A DNA stretch of 64,000 nucleotides from Candidatus Dormiibacterota bacterium (lineage in GTDB: Bacteria; Chloroflexota; Dormibacteria; Aeolococcales; Bog-877). This document shows positions 9,147-16,811 of the stretch, in pieces (the first letter of the stretch is position 1; the number at the start of each line of letters is the position of its first letter). The stretch lies in assembly GCA_963804565.1 (NCBI GenBank), contig CAWDQV010000001.1, forward strand, positions 1,558,643 through 1,622,642, written 5' to 3'. The notes under the pieces are model-generated. The model saw nothing but the letters and a program-made list of their open reading frames with translations, had not been told where the DNA came from and did not search any database. The position numbers were made by a program, and so were the translations under genes.

Positions 9147-9180
9147 TCGGTGAGATATGAACGCCTGGAGGTGCTGCCAA

Positions 9181-9861
9181 ATGTACTGGGATCAGAGCGA
9201 CGCCATCCCGATCATGGGATCTGTCATTCCCACGGTTCTGGACCAGTCGATGCGGGGCGAGCGCGCTTACGACATCTACTCGCTCCTGCTCAAGGAGCGC
9301 ATCGTCTTTCTCGGCCAGGAGGTAGATGACCAGATCGCCAACCTTCTGGTGGCCGAGATCCTCTACCTGGAGGGTCAGGACCCCGACCGCGACATTCACC
9401 TTTACATCAACTCGCCTGGAGGGCTGGCGTACTCGGGGATGGCCATCTATGACGTGATGCAGCACGTCAAATGCGAGGTGTCGACGCTTTGCATCGGCAT
9501 GGCGATGTCGGCCGCGGCGATGATCCTCTGCGGCGGGGCACCGGGTAAGCGGATGGCGCTGCCCAGTTCGAAGATCATGATCCACCAGGGCTCAGCGGGC
9601 ACCCGAGGTGCTCCCCGGGACATGGAGATTCAGCTGCGGGAGGTTCTGGCCAACACCCAACGGATGGCCGAGATCCTGTCCCACCACTCTGGACGGCCGC
9701 TCGAGCAGGTCGAGCGCGACATCGACCGCGACTACTACCTGACCGCCGAGCAAGCCTTGGAGTACGGGCTCATCGACGAGGTCCTGGCGCCCCGGCGAGG
9801 CGTTGCGGCAGCTGCCGCAGGGCCGATTGACCAGCAGGTGTCAGCCGCCGCGGTCAACTAG
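9181..9861 (+). CDS. clpP: ATP-dependent Clp protease proteolytic subunit ClpP (catalytic triad intact)
   Basis: Motifs present: GERAYDIYSLLLKERIVFLG, YINSPGG, GMAMSAAAM (Ser), KIMIHQGS (His), DRDYYLTAEQALEYGLIDEV (Asp). ATG 9181 has GGAGG 9 nt upstream. Alternative starts are 9157 and 9214. Confidence 0.9.
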   Translation: MYWDQSDAIPIMGSVIPTVLDQSMRGERAYDIYSLLLKERIVFLGQEVDDQIANLLVAEILYLEGQDPDRDIHLYINSPGGLAYSGMAIYDVMQHVKCEVSTLCIGMAMSAAAMILCGGAPGKRMALPSSKIMIHQGSAGTRGAPRDMEIQLREVLANTQRMAEILSHHSGRPLEQVERDIDRDYYLTAEQALEYGLIDEVLAPRRGVAAAAAGPIDQQVSAAAVN

Positions 9862-9896
9862 TCTGAAGTCAGGAGCTCGAGCAGTCGGCAAGCTCT

Positions 9897-11621
9897 TCAC
9901 CCCACGGCGTGCAGGCGGCGCGTCGCAGCCGGTGCGGAGAGGAGCGCGAGAGGTACCGGACGGCCAAAGAGGAACCCCTGCAGCTCATCGCAGCCGTTGT
10001 CGACTAGGAACCTCGCCTGGGCCTTGGTCTCCACACCCTCCGCAACCGTCCTGAGCCCGAGCGCCTGGGCGAGGGCAATGGTCGCGGCAACGATTGCGCT
10101 GTCCTGCTCCCCGTTGCCGATTCCGCTGACGAAAGACTGGTCGATCTTGAGGATGTCGAAGGGGAAGCGCCGGAGTGCGGTGAGAGACGAGTTGCCGGTG
10201 CCGAAGTCATCGAGCGCTAGGTGAACGCCAAGCGCCCGCAGTCGCTCCAGAACCACGCCCTCGGCGTCTGGGTCGTCGCTCAGAGCGCTTTCCGTAACCT
10301 CCAAACACAGCCTCTCCGGCTCCAGCCGCTGCTGGTCGAGGATCTGTCGCACCTCGTCTGCAAGACGGGAATCCTGCAACTGGACCGCAGATAGGTTCAC
10401 CGACATCATGAGCGACTTCGCAGCTGGATCAACTCTCTCCCATTCACCCAGTGACTCGCAGGCCTCCTGGAGGACCCATCGGCCGATGCCAGTGATGCTT
10501 CCCGTCTGCTCGGCGAGCTTGATGAAGCGGTCCGGGGAGGTGAGGCGGCGGTTGGATTGGCACCAGCGAACCAGGGCCTCAACGCCGGTCATTCGGCCCG
10601 TGCTGGCAGCCACCAACGGCTGGAAGTGCAGCCGCAACTCCCCACGCTCGGCGGCGTGGGCCAGCTGCGCAGCCGACTCGGATCGACTGACGAAGGAGCC
10701 GGGCTTATCGGTGTCGATGACCTGGTAGCGGCCAGGGCAATTCTGCTTCGCGTGATAGAGGGCGATGTCGGCGCGGTTGATCGCGTACTCCGCCTCGGCT
10801 GCACCGTGGCAGAGGGCCACTCCCCCGCTCACCGCGGTGACCACCTCTCGCTTGCCGATCAAGTACCGGTGACCGAGCTGGTGGAACAGACGCCGGGCAG
10901 TCAACTCCAGCTCGGCCCGCGAGATGCCGGCTATGACGACAACAAACTCGTCTCCGCCCACCCTGGCGATCAGGTCACCAGGGCGTACGGCGGCCCGGAG
11001 TCGCCTGGCGAAGGCCTTCAGCAGCTGATCGCCCACCGGATGGCCCAATGTGTCATTGACCGCCTTGAACTCATCCAGATCGAGGGAGATGATTGCTGTG
11101 CCTCCCTTGGCGTGGCTCAGGAGTTTCTGCAGCCGCTCCAGAAAGCCTCGACGGTTGTAGAGACCGGTTAGCTCGTCGTGATGGGCCTGACGCCGAAGTT
11201 TCGACTCGCTCCGCTTGCGGTCGCGGAGGTCCTCGTAACTGGCCAGCAGTCCAATCACCCGACCTGTTTTGTCCCAGAGCGAGGCGGTAGACAGCAGGAC
11301 CGGTATGGCCCGGCCGTCCCGGTGGCGCCGGACTGCCTCCACCTTGTGTATCCCATCACCGGTTTTGAACGCGGCGTCCAGTTGGACCTGGAACTCGCGC
11401 TCTCCAACGCGGGACACCGTTGGCAATCGCCGACCCAGCACCTCTTTCTCGGTCCAGCCTAGAAGTCGCTCGGCAGCCGGGTTCCACAGGACCACTTTGG
11501 CGTCATGGTCCACTACGGAGACCGGGACAGGCAGCTCTGCCACCAGAGCTCGCAGGACCTCATGTTCGAAGAGGTCTAGCGAGGGCACCGCCGGGGCCTT
11601 CCCAACCAATCGCAACACCAA
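9897..11621 (-). CDS. PAS-GGDEF-EAL signalling protein (diguanylate cyclase/phosphodiesterase)
   Basis: PAS region VVLWNPAAERLLGWTEKEVLG. GGDEF motif RVGGDEFVVV. EAL-domain motifs VEALVRW, DDFGTGNSSL, KIDQSFV and EGVET are all present. Confidence 0.9.
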   Translation of the reverse strand: MVLRLVGKAPAVPSLDLFEHEVLRALVAELPVPVSVVDHDAKVVLWNPAAERLLGWTEKEVLGRRLPTVSRVGEREFQVQLDAAFKTGDGIHKVEAVRRHRDGRAIPVLLSTASLWDKTGRVIGLLASYEDLRDRKRSESKLRRQAHHDELTGLYNRRGFLERLQKLLSHAKGGTAIISLDLDEFKAVNDTLGHPVGDQLLKAFARRLRAAVRPGDLIARVGGDEFVVVIAGISRAELELTARRLFHQLGHRYLIGKREVVTAVSGGVALCHGAAEAEYAINRADIALYHAKQNCPGRYQVIDTDKPGSFVSRSESAAQLAHAAERGELRLHFQPLVAASTGRMTGVEALVRWCQSNRRLTSPDRFIKLAEQTGSITGIGRWVLQEACESLGEWERVDPAAKSLMMSVNLSAVQLQDSRLADEVRQILDQQRLEPERLCLEVTESALSDDPDAEGVVLERLRALGVHLALDDFGTGNSSLTALRRFPFDILKIDQSFVSGIGNGEQDSAIVAATIALAQALGLRTVAEGVETKAQARFLVDNGCDELQGFLFGRPVPLALLSAPAATRRLHAVG

Positions 11622-11858
11622 GGAATTCCGCAGGGTCGCGTGGGGGCTGACTTCGGGGCGCTGCCACCGTGCTCGCCTTGGTCATAACAGACTCATCAAT
11701 CGAGCCTAGCTTCCCCAGATGACCGGACGATGACAACGAGGTGGAGGTCGCGCGTTCGCTGATCTCAACATTGATCGGCTGGCCCCGCGTAATCCAACCT
11801 GGTCAACGACCGTCGAGTGGGTCAAACCAACGACGCTCCACCATGGCGGCCACGCAGC

Positions 11859-13346
11859 TCAGCTCAGGGCGGGCACCGAAATGGGAGTTGGTGCGAGCCG
11901 TGCCAGGTCGGGTTTCTCCCCGATTCCGAAGCTGTGGCGCAGGGCGGAGAGCGCCGCTAGCTCGCCGCAACGGCCGTGCACTCCCGGACCCGGGGTGGTC
12001 GATGAGGAGCAGATGTATGTTCCCGGAACAGGAGTCCGATACGGATCCCAGCGCGCCATCGGTCGCAGGAGCGTCTGTCGGAAGTCCTGCGCCCCGGAAG
12101 CCACATCTCCGCCGATGCAATTGGGGTCATGCGCCTCCTGGTCCCGCGCGGTCCGATGCACCTTGGCCAGGATCAGATCGCGGAATCCGGGCGCGAAACG
12201 CTCGATCTGGGATTCGATTTGCGCGGTCATGTCGACGTCCGATCCCGAAGGGACGTGGCAGTAGGCCCACAGCGTGTGGCCACCACGGGGGGCCCGGGTC
12301 GGGTCGGCGATGCTGGACTGGACAGTCAGCACGTAGGGGAACACAGGGTGGCGACCGGCCGCGACATCCGCCTCGGCTCGGGCCACTTCCTCGAAGGTTC
12401 CCCCAACGTGGACCGTGCCCGCCTGCCGGCAGCCGGGGTTGGTCCAAGGGACAGGGCCCGATAGAGCAAAGTCGACCTTGCAGACTCCGGCGCCGTATCG
12501 GAAGCGCTCCAGCGCGCTCCGGTAGTGCCCCGACAGGCGGTCGCCGGCGAGCTCCAACAACTGCCGCGGGGTGACGTCGAGGAGGACAGCCTTGGCCGGG
12601 GGCAGTTCGTCGAGCGTTCGTATCCAATGGCCGGTCTCCAGCCGGCCTCCACCCGCTTCCAAGGTCTCTACCAGCGCCTTGGTGAGACGCCCGCTTCCCC
12701 CTTCGACGAATGGCCACCCGACGGAGTGGCCGAGGAGGGCCAGGAGCAGTCCGAAGGCAGCGGTCGGCGGGGAGTTCAGGGGCCGCATCGCGTGGGCCGC
12801 CACCCCGCCGAACATAGCTCTGGCCTCCGGAGATCGAAATCGGCGAGCAATAGAGCTCGCGGATCGCATCCCGAGCAACCCGTAGCCGGCCAGGGCCAGG
12901 GGGTTGCTGGGCGGGCGCCGCTCGGCGGAAAACACCCAGCCGGCGATCTCGTCCGAGTGGCGGACCAGGGGGCGCATCAGACGCCTGTAGGCACTGCGAT
13001 CGACACCAAGACCAGCTGCGGTCTGGTCCACCGACCTGGTCGCGATCGCGGCCCGTCCATCGTCGAGGGGATGGGCGTAGACCACCTCGGGGTGGATCAT
13101 CCGCACGCCGCGGGAGGGCAGGTCGAAACGCCGGAAGAACGAAGACGCTACCGCCAGTGGATGCGCCGTAGAGCAGACGTCGTGCTGGTAGCCGGGCAGG
13201 GTCAGCTCCTCAGTTCGGCAGCCTCCGCCGGCCGTCGCGGCGCCCTCGATGACGAGCACCTCGAGCCCGGCGGCGGCCAGGGTGACGGCCGCCGCCAGCC
13301 CGTTGGGCCCGCTACCGACGACGACGGCGTCGGGCGCCTCACTCAT
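11859..13346 (-). CDS. FAD/NAD(P)-dependent oxidoreductase, phytoene-desaturase (CrtI)-like family
   Basis: MSEAPDAVVVGSGPNGLAAAVTLAAAGLEVLVIEGAATAGGGCRT is a dinucleotide-binding motif. ATG 13346 overlaps the upstream stop (ATGAGTGA). The longer 13385 start is unlikely. Confidence 0.85.
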   Translation of the reverse strand: MSEAPDAVVVGSGPNGLAAAVTLAAAGLEVLVIEGAATAGGGCRTEELTLPGYQHDVCSTAHPLAVASSFFRRFDLPSRGVRMIHPEVVYAHPLDDGRAAIATRSVDQTAAGLGVDRSAYRRLMRPLVRHSDEIAGWVFSAERRPPSNPLALAGYGLLGMRSASSIARRFRSPEARAMFGGVAAHAMRPLNSPPTAAFGLLLALLGHSVGWPFVEGGSGRLTKALVETLEAGGGRLETGHWIRTLDELPPAKAVLLDVTPRQLLELAGDRLSGHYRSALERFRYGAGVCKVDFALSGPVPWTNPGCRQAGTVHVGGTFEEVARAEADVAAGRHPVFPYVLTVQSSIADPTRAPRGGHTLWAYCHVPSGSDVDMTAQIESQIERFAPGFRDLILAKVHRTARDQEAHDPNCIGGDVASGAQDFRQTLLRPMARWDPYRTPVPGTYICSSSTTPGPGVHGRCGELAALSALRHSFGIGEKPDLARLAPTPISVPALS

Positions 13347-14145
13347 GCGGGGCGATGTTCCCTCCACTGGTCGGACGAGTGCCACCCCGGAACGGACGGG
13401 TTGAGGTTTGCAACACGCTTCGAATCATGGCGTTGTGCCACGTGTTGCCCGCCTTCCGCCACTGCCGCTTGCGGTCCACGCAAACGCTCTTGGTCTGGAT
13501 CACCGGGTCCTTCACTCCGAAGCGGTTGGCAAGCGCAGTCAGCGTCTGCGACCAGAAGACGTCCTCCTTGTGGTGACCTCCGAAGGTCAGCCCCAGTTCG
13601 TAGAGGGGGTCATTGGCCCGCATCAGCACCTGGGCCTGAGCGACAGTCCGGCCCCCGACATCCTCGGCCGAGAAGGAGATCCAGCCGGCGAACATGTGGC
13701 CTTCGGGAGTCATCAGGGTGAACGACTCCTCGTCGGCATAGAGCACGAAGACCCCGGTCGAAAGCTTCACTCCGCCCATCGAGAGGTCCAGCAGGGCCAC
13801 GTCGCCCGGGCTGATCCCGGCCAGCGCCCCGGCGAAGCGGTTGCCCTTGGGCCAGAACTCGGGGAAGTGCGCCTTCCAGGTGGCGATCACTTCGCGCGGA
13901 GTCGCGGTCGTGCCGAGGTCGGTCGAGTAGGTCTTCTGCCACATCTTCCCGAACCCCTGGATCGGGCTGGTCAGCCGTCGCCCCTCGACGTTGGTGCCCC
14001 GCACGCCGTCCCGCTGCTCGACCTGCAGACGGTCCACTTTGCTGGCCCAGCTGGCCGCGTTGCGGGGCAGCGCGGGTCCGCTAGCCGGTGGTTCCTCCAC
14101 CGCGCCTGCGCCCTTGGTGTCCTGAGGATCCAATGACTCTGCCAT
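13339..14145 (-). CDS. Conserved-looking hypothetical protein (268 aa)
   Basis: The translation is non-repetitive with balanced composition (GFGKMWQKTYSTDLG...ESFTLMTPEGHMFAGWISFSAEDVGG...). It is tightly packed in the operon. It is vaguely reminiscent of DUF1990-type proteins, from memory only and not verified. Confidence 0.65.
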   Translation of the reverse strand: MAESLDPQDTKGAGAVEEPPASGPALPRNAASWASKVDRLQVEQRDGVRGTNVEGRRLTSPIQGFGKMWQKTYSTDLGTTATPREVIATWKAHFPEFWPKGNRFAGALAGISPGDVALLDLSMGGVKLSTGVFVLYADEESFTLMTPEGHMFAGWISFSAEDVGGRTVAQAQVLMRANDPLYELGLTFGGHHKEDVFWSQTLTALANRFGVKDPVIQTKSVCVDRKRQWRKAGNTWHNAMIRSVLQTSTRPFRGGTRPTSGGNIAPHE

Positions 14146-14155
14146 CTCTGACCCC

Positions 14156-14512
14156 TCAGCCCGCGGCGCCCGCGAGCGCTGACTGTTCGTCCTGGTAGAT
14201 CTCGATCGCCTCGTTCAACCGGGTCAGTTCGAAGATCTGGCGGTAGTGCTCGCTGAGCCCGAATGCCGCCAGTTGCTGGTGCTGCCGGTTGGCCCGGACC
14301 AACAGGGTCACCAGCATTCCGATTCCCCCGCTGTTCATGTAGTCGAGCCCGCTGAAGTTCAGGACCACCCGCTTGGCCTGGGCACCGCCGGCGTCCTCGT
14401 AGGCCGACATCAACACCGGCTCGCAGGAGGACGTCACCTCCCCCTTGATGTCTACGATGGCGGATCCATTCGGTCCCCGGCGCACTTCCATAGTCACCAT
14501 GGGTGCGTTCAT
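14156..14512 (-). CDS. STAS-domain anti-sigma-factor antagonist (RsbV/SpoIIAA-like), copy 1
   Basis: MNAPMVTMEVRRGPNGSAIVDIKGEV...VVLNFSGLDYMNSGGIGMLVTLL has the conserved phosphorylatable Ser context. ATG 14512 has GGAGG 7 nt upstream. Confidence 0.85.
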   Translation of the reverse strand: MNAPMVTMEVRRGPNGSAIVDIKGEVTSSCEPVLMSAYEDAGGAQAKRVVLNFSGLDYMNSGGIGMLVTLLVRANRQHQQLAAFGLSEHYRQIFELTRLNEAIEIYQDEQSALAGAAG

Positions 14513-14543
14513 TGGGTCACCTCCCTCGGCTGCCATGGCGCGC

Positions 14544-14906
14544 TCATCGCGCCGACTCCGCAATCTGATTCACCGCCTGCTCGACATCGCCGTACATCTG
14601 GATGAAATCCGAAAGACGGGTGATCTCGAAGATCTCCCGGTAGTGAGGCGAGAGTCCGCTGGCCAGCACGCTGCGGTGCTCCGCCCTGGCCTTGGCCAGG
14701 ACGCTGACGATCAGGGCGATCCCGCTGGAGTTGATGTACTCGGTCGCGGCGAAGTCCAGCAGCACCTGTTTGGGGTCGAATTCCGTCACGGCGCGCTCGT
14801 AAGCCTCACTCAGCCCTGCGCTGGCGGTGCCGTCGATGTCGCCGGCCAGCTCGAGCACCACCCCTCCTTCGATTGGTCGGACCTCGACGCCGAACGTGGT
14901 GTTCAT
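14544..14906 (-). CDS. STAS-domain anti-sigma-factor antagonist (RsbV/SpoIIAA-like), copy 2
   Basis: VLELAGDIDGTASAGL...VLLDFAATEYINSSGIALIVSVL. There is an ATGA start/stop overlap with the upstream kinase gene. Confidence 0.85.
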   Translation of the reverse strand: MNTTFGVEVRPIEGGVVLELAGDIDGTASAGLSEAYERAVTEFDPKQVLLDFAATEYINSSGIALIVSVLAKARAEHRSVLASGLSPHYREIFEITRLSDFIQMYGDVEQAVNQIAESAR

Positions 14907-15373
14907 GCCTGGCTCCTTGATTTGGCCGGCGGCTGACCCGGGCGCATGGTGAGTCGAACGGTGTGCCGGTCCCCTTCGCGGATCTCGTCAAACGCATCGA
15001 CCATGTGCCGGATCAAAAAGAGTCCCCAGCCTCTTGGTGTTTGAAGTCCGGCCAGCTTTTCGTCGAGATCTGGCTCGACCGGGGTCACTCGTGCGCCGGT
15101 CAGCGCTTGGCCCCGGTCGCTTATCGTCACCACGACGTCTCCCTCTTCCTCGAACACGGTGACCTCGACCGGAAGGTCCGAGCGATCGTGATTGCCGTGC
15201 TCGATTGCGTTCATGGTGGCCTCGGCGACCGCCGTCTTGAGCCGCTCCAGCTGGTCCGCTGAGAGGCCCGATTCGGACACCGCGTCGGCGACCAGTGCCA
15301 GCGCCTGCCGCTCATTTCCCGGTTGGCTGGGGAGGGCGAAGGTCGCCAGCTCGCGCGTCGGTTGATCGCTCAT
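14903..15373 (-). CDS. RsbW/SpoIIAB-like anti-sigma factor serine kinase (HATPase_c)
   Basis: 156 aa. N-box VAEATMNAIEHGN, followed by VVVTISDRGQAL and PRGWGLFLIRHMVD. There is an ATGA overlap with the upstream phosphatase gene. Confidence 0.85.
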   Translation of the reverse strand: MSDQPTRELATFALPSQPGNERQALALVADAVSESGLSADQLERLKTAVAEATMNAIEHGNHDRSDLPVEVTVFEEEGDVVVTISDRGQALTGARVTPVEPDLDEKLAGLQTPRGWGLFLIRHMVDAFDEIREGDRHTVRLTMRPGQPPAKSRSQA

Positions 15374-16653
15374 CCCTGGCCCGCCACGTGGGAGATGCCC
15401 TCCAACCGCTGCAGGGATACGAGCGTGATGTCGTCCTCCTGTTCGTGGTCGGGGCCGGTGAATGCGCCCAGCTCGGTCAGGCAGAGATCGATCAGATCCT
15501 CGCCCGATGGCCCCCGCCCTACGAGCTCGGCGACCCGAGGGAATCCGAACATCTCCCGGGCCGCGTTGTGAGCCTCGGCCAGTCCGTCGCTGTGGAGCAG
15601 GATGCAGTCGCCCGGCGCCAGCTCCCGATCCTTCTCCTCGTACTCCATCGCCGGCATCAACCCCAGGGGCATGCCGGTGGCCCTCAGCTCCGCAACGCCG
15701 TCACCGGTGCGCACATAGGGCACGTCGTGACCGGCGTTTGCGTACACGATCCGCCCGGTCGCAGGGTCGAGGATCAGAGCCAGGCAGGTGACGAACATGT
15801 GGGCCGGGATATCGGCCACCAACAGGTCGTTGACCCGCGCAAGCACCTGTCCGGGGGAGATCAGTCTGGGGGCGGATGAGCGGAGCAGGGCGTGGGTACT
15901 GGCCATGACCAGGGCCGCGGGCACTCCCTTGTCGGTCACGTCGCCCACCACCAGCATGATCCGCCCGTCGGGAAGTGGGATGAAGTCATAGAAATCGCCC
16001 CCGACAGTCCTGGCGGGCTGATAGAAAGCCGCCAGGTGCCAGCCCGGCAGATCTGGCACCTCTTTGGGCAGGAACTGCTGCTGGATCAGTTGGGCAACCT
16101 TCAGCTCCTGTTCGAGGCGCTCCCGGTCGCGGGCCTCGGCGGCCTGCTGGTTGACCAACTGCCCGACTCGCATGGCCGGAGCCGCATAGCCGGCCAGGGT
16201 GGACAGGAGATGTCGGTCGTCAGTCGAGTAGCCGGCCTCGGAGAGACGAGGGCCCAGGCTGAGCAGCCCGATCAACTCGCCCGACGAGACCAGCGGGACA
16301 ACCAACACCACGCCCTGCTCTCGCATCTCGATCAGAGCAGGTGAGTCAAAGGTCAGGTTGGTGATGTCGACGGCTCCGACCGAACTCTGCAGGAAGCCGA
16401 TGATCGGGTCGTTGGGCGCGAGCTCGAACTTCGCAGAGTGCTGCGCGATTGGGGATTCGCCGGTCGGGGGCGGTGCCACCTCTGACTGCTTGCGTCGCCG
16501 CCAGGGACCCCGCCCTTGGCCCTGTCCGTTGGCCTTCGGTGTCGACAGCTCTGGAGTCACGTCGGCCACGGTCAGGTTGGGATCCTCGGGTCCCGCGAGC
16601 TGCTCAGTTACGGGCGTCATTTGGGGGACCGCCGAGAGGTTCGAGACCGGCAA
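15370..16653 (-). CDS. PP2C/SpoIIE-family serine phosphatase with an N-terminal GAF-like sensor region (RsbU-like)
   Basis: GAF-like VVLVVPLVSSGELIGLLSLGPR. PP2C motifs: GGDFYDFIPLPDGRIMLVVGDVTDKGVPAAL, YANAGHDVPY, LLHSDGLAEA, DDITLVSL. Confidence 0.85.
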   Translation of the reverse strand: MPVSNLSAVPQMTPVTEQLAGPEDPNLTVADVTPELSTPKANGQGQGRGPWRRRKQSEVAPPPTGESPIAQHSAKFELAPNDPIIGFLQSSVGAVDITNLTFDSPALIEMREQGVVLVVPLVSSGELIGLLSLGPRLSEAGYSTDDRHLLSTLAGYAAPAMRVGQLVNQQAAEARDRERLEQELKVAQLIQQQFLPKEVPDLPGWHLAAFYQPARTVGGDFYDFIPLPDGRIMLVVGDVTDKGVPAALVMASTHALLRSSAPRLISPGQVLARVNDLLVADIPAHMFVTCLALILDPATGRIVYANAGHDVPYVRTGDGVAELRATGMPLGLMPAMEYEEKDRELAPGDCILLHSDGLAEAHNAAREMFGFPRVAELVGRGPSGEDLIDLCLTELGAFTGPDHEQEDDITLVSLQRLEGISHVAGQG

Positions 16654-16811
16654 ACCTGTTCCAAGGACGGTGCAGCAGGGATCTGGTTGGTGCTCTCCAC
16701 GCGGGCAGCTTGGCAGGTCATCGTCCAGAAATCGTTACGGCGCGGGCCGGGAAGCGATTAGTTTTCACGTGGAGCCACTAACCGGGGTGGGCTCGGAATG
16801 CTGGAGAAAGG

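Noticed and set aside
9897-11621. The PAS-GGDEF-EAL protein as an unusual finding
   Set aside because: Both GGDEF and EAL motifs look intact, which is a common configuration. Nothing in the sequence marks it as atypical.
12525-13721. Long antisense ORFs across the window: 12525-13721 (+), 21405-22457 (-), 27490-28566 (-), 31276-32256 (-), 35505-36353 (-), 60359-61207 (-), 62232-63446 (-)
   Set aside because: Each lies opposite a gene with a clear family-level translation and has biased R/G/P/H composition. I treated them as GC-driven shadow ORFs, not overlapping genes.
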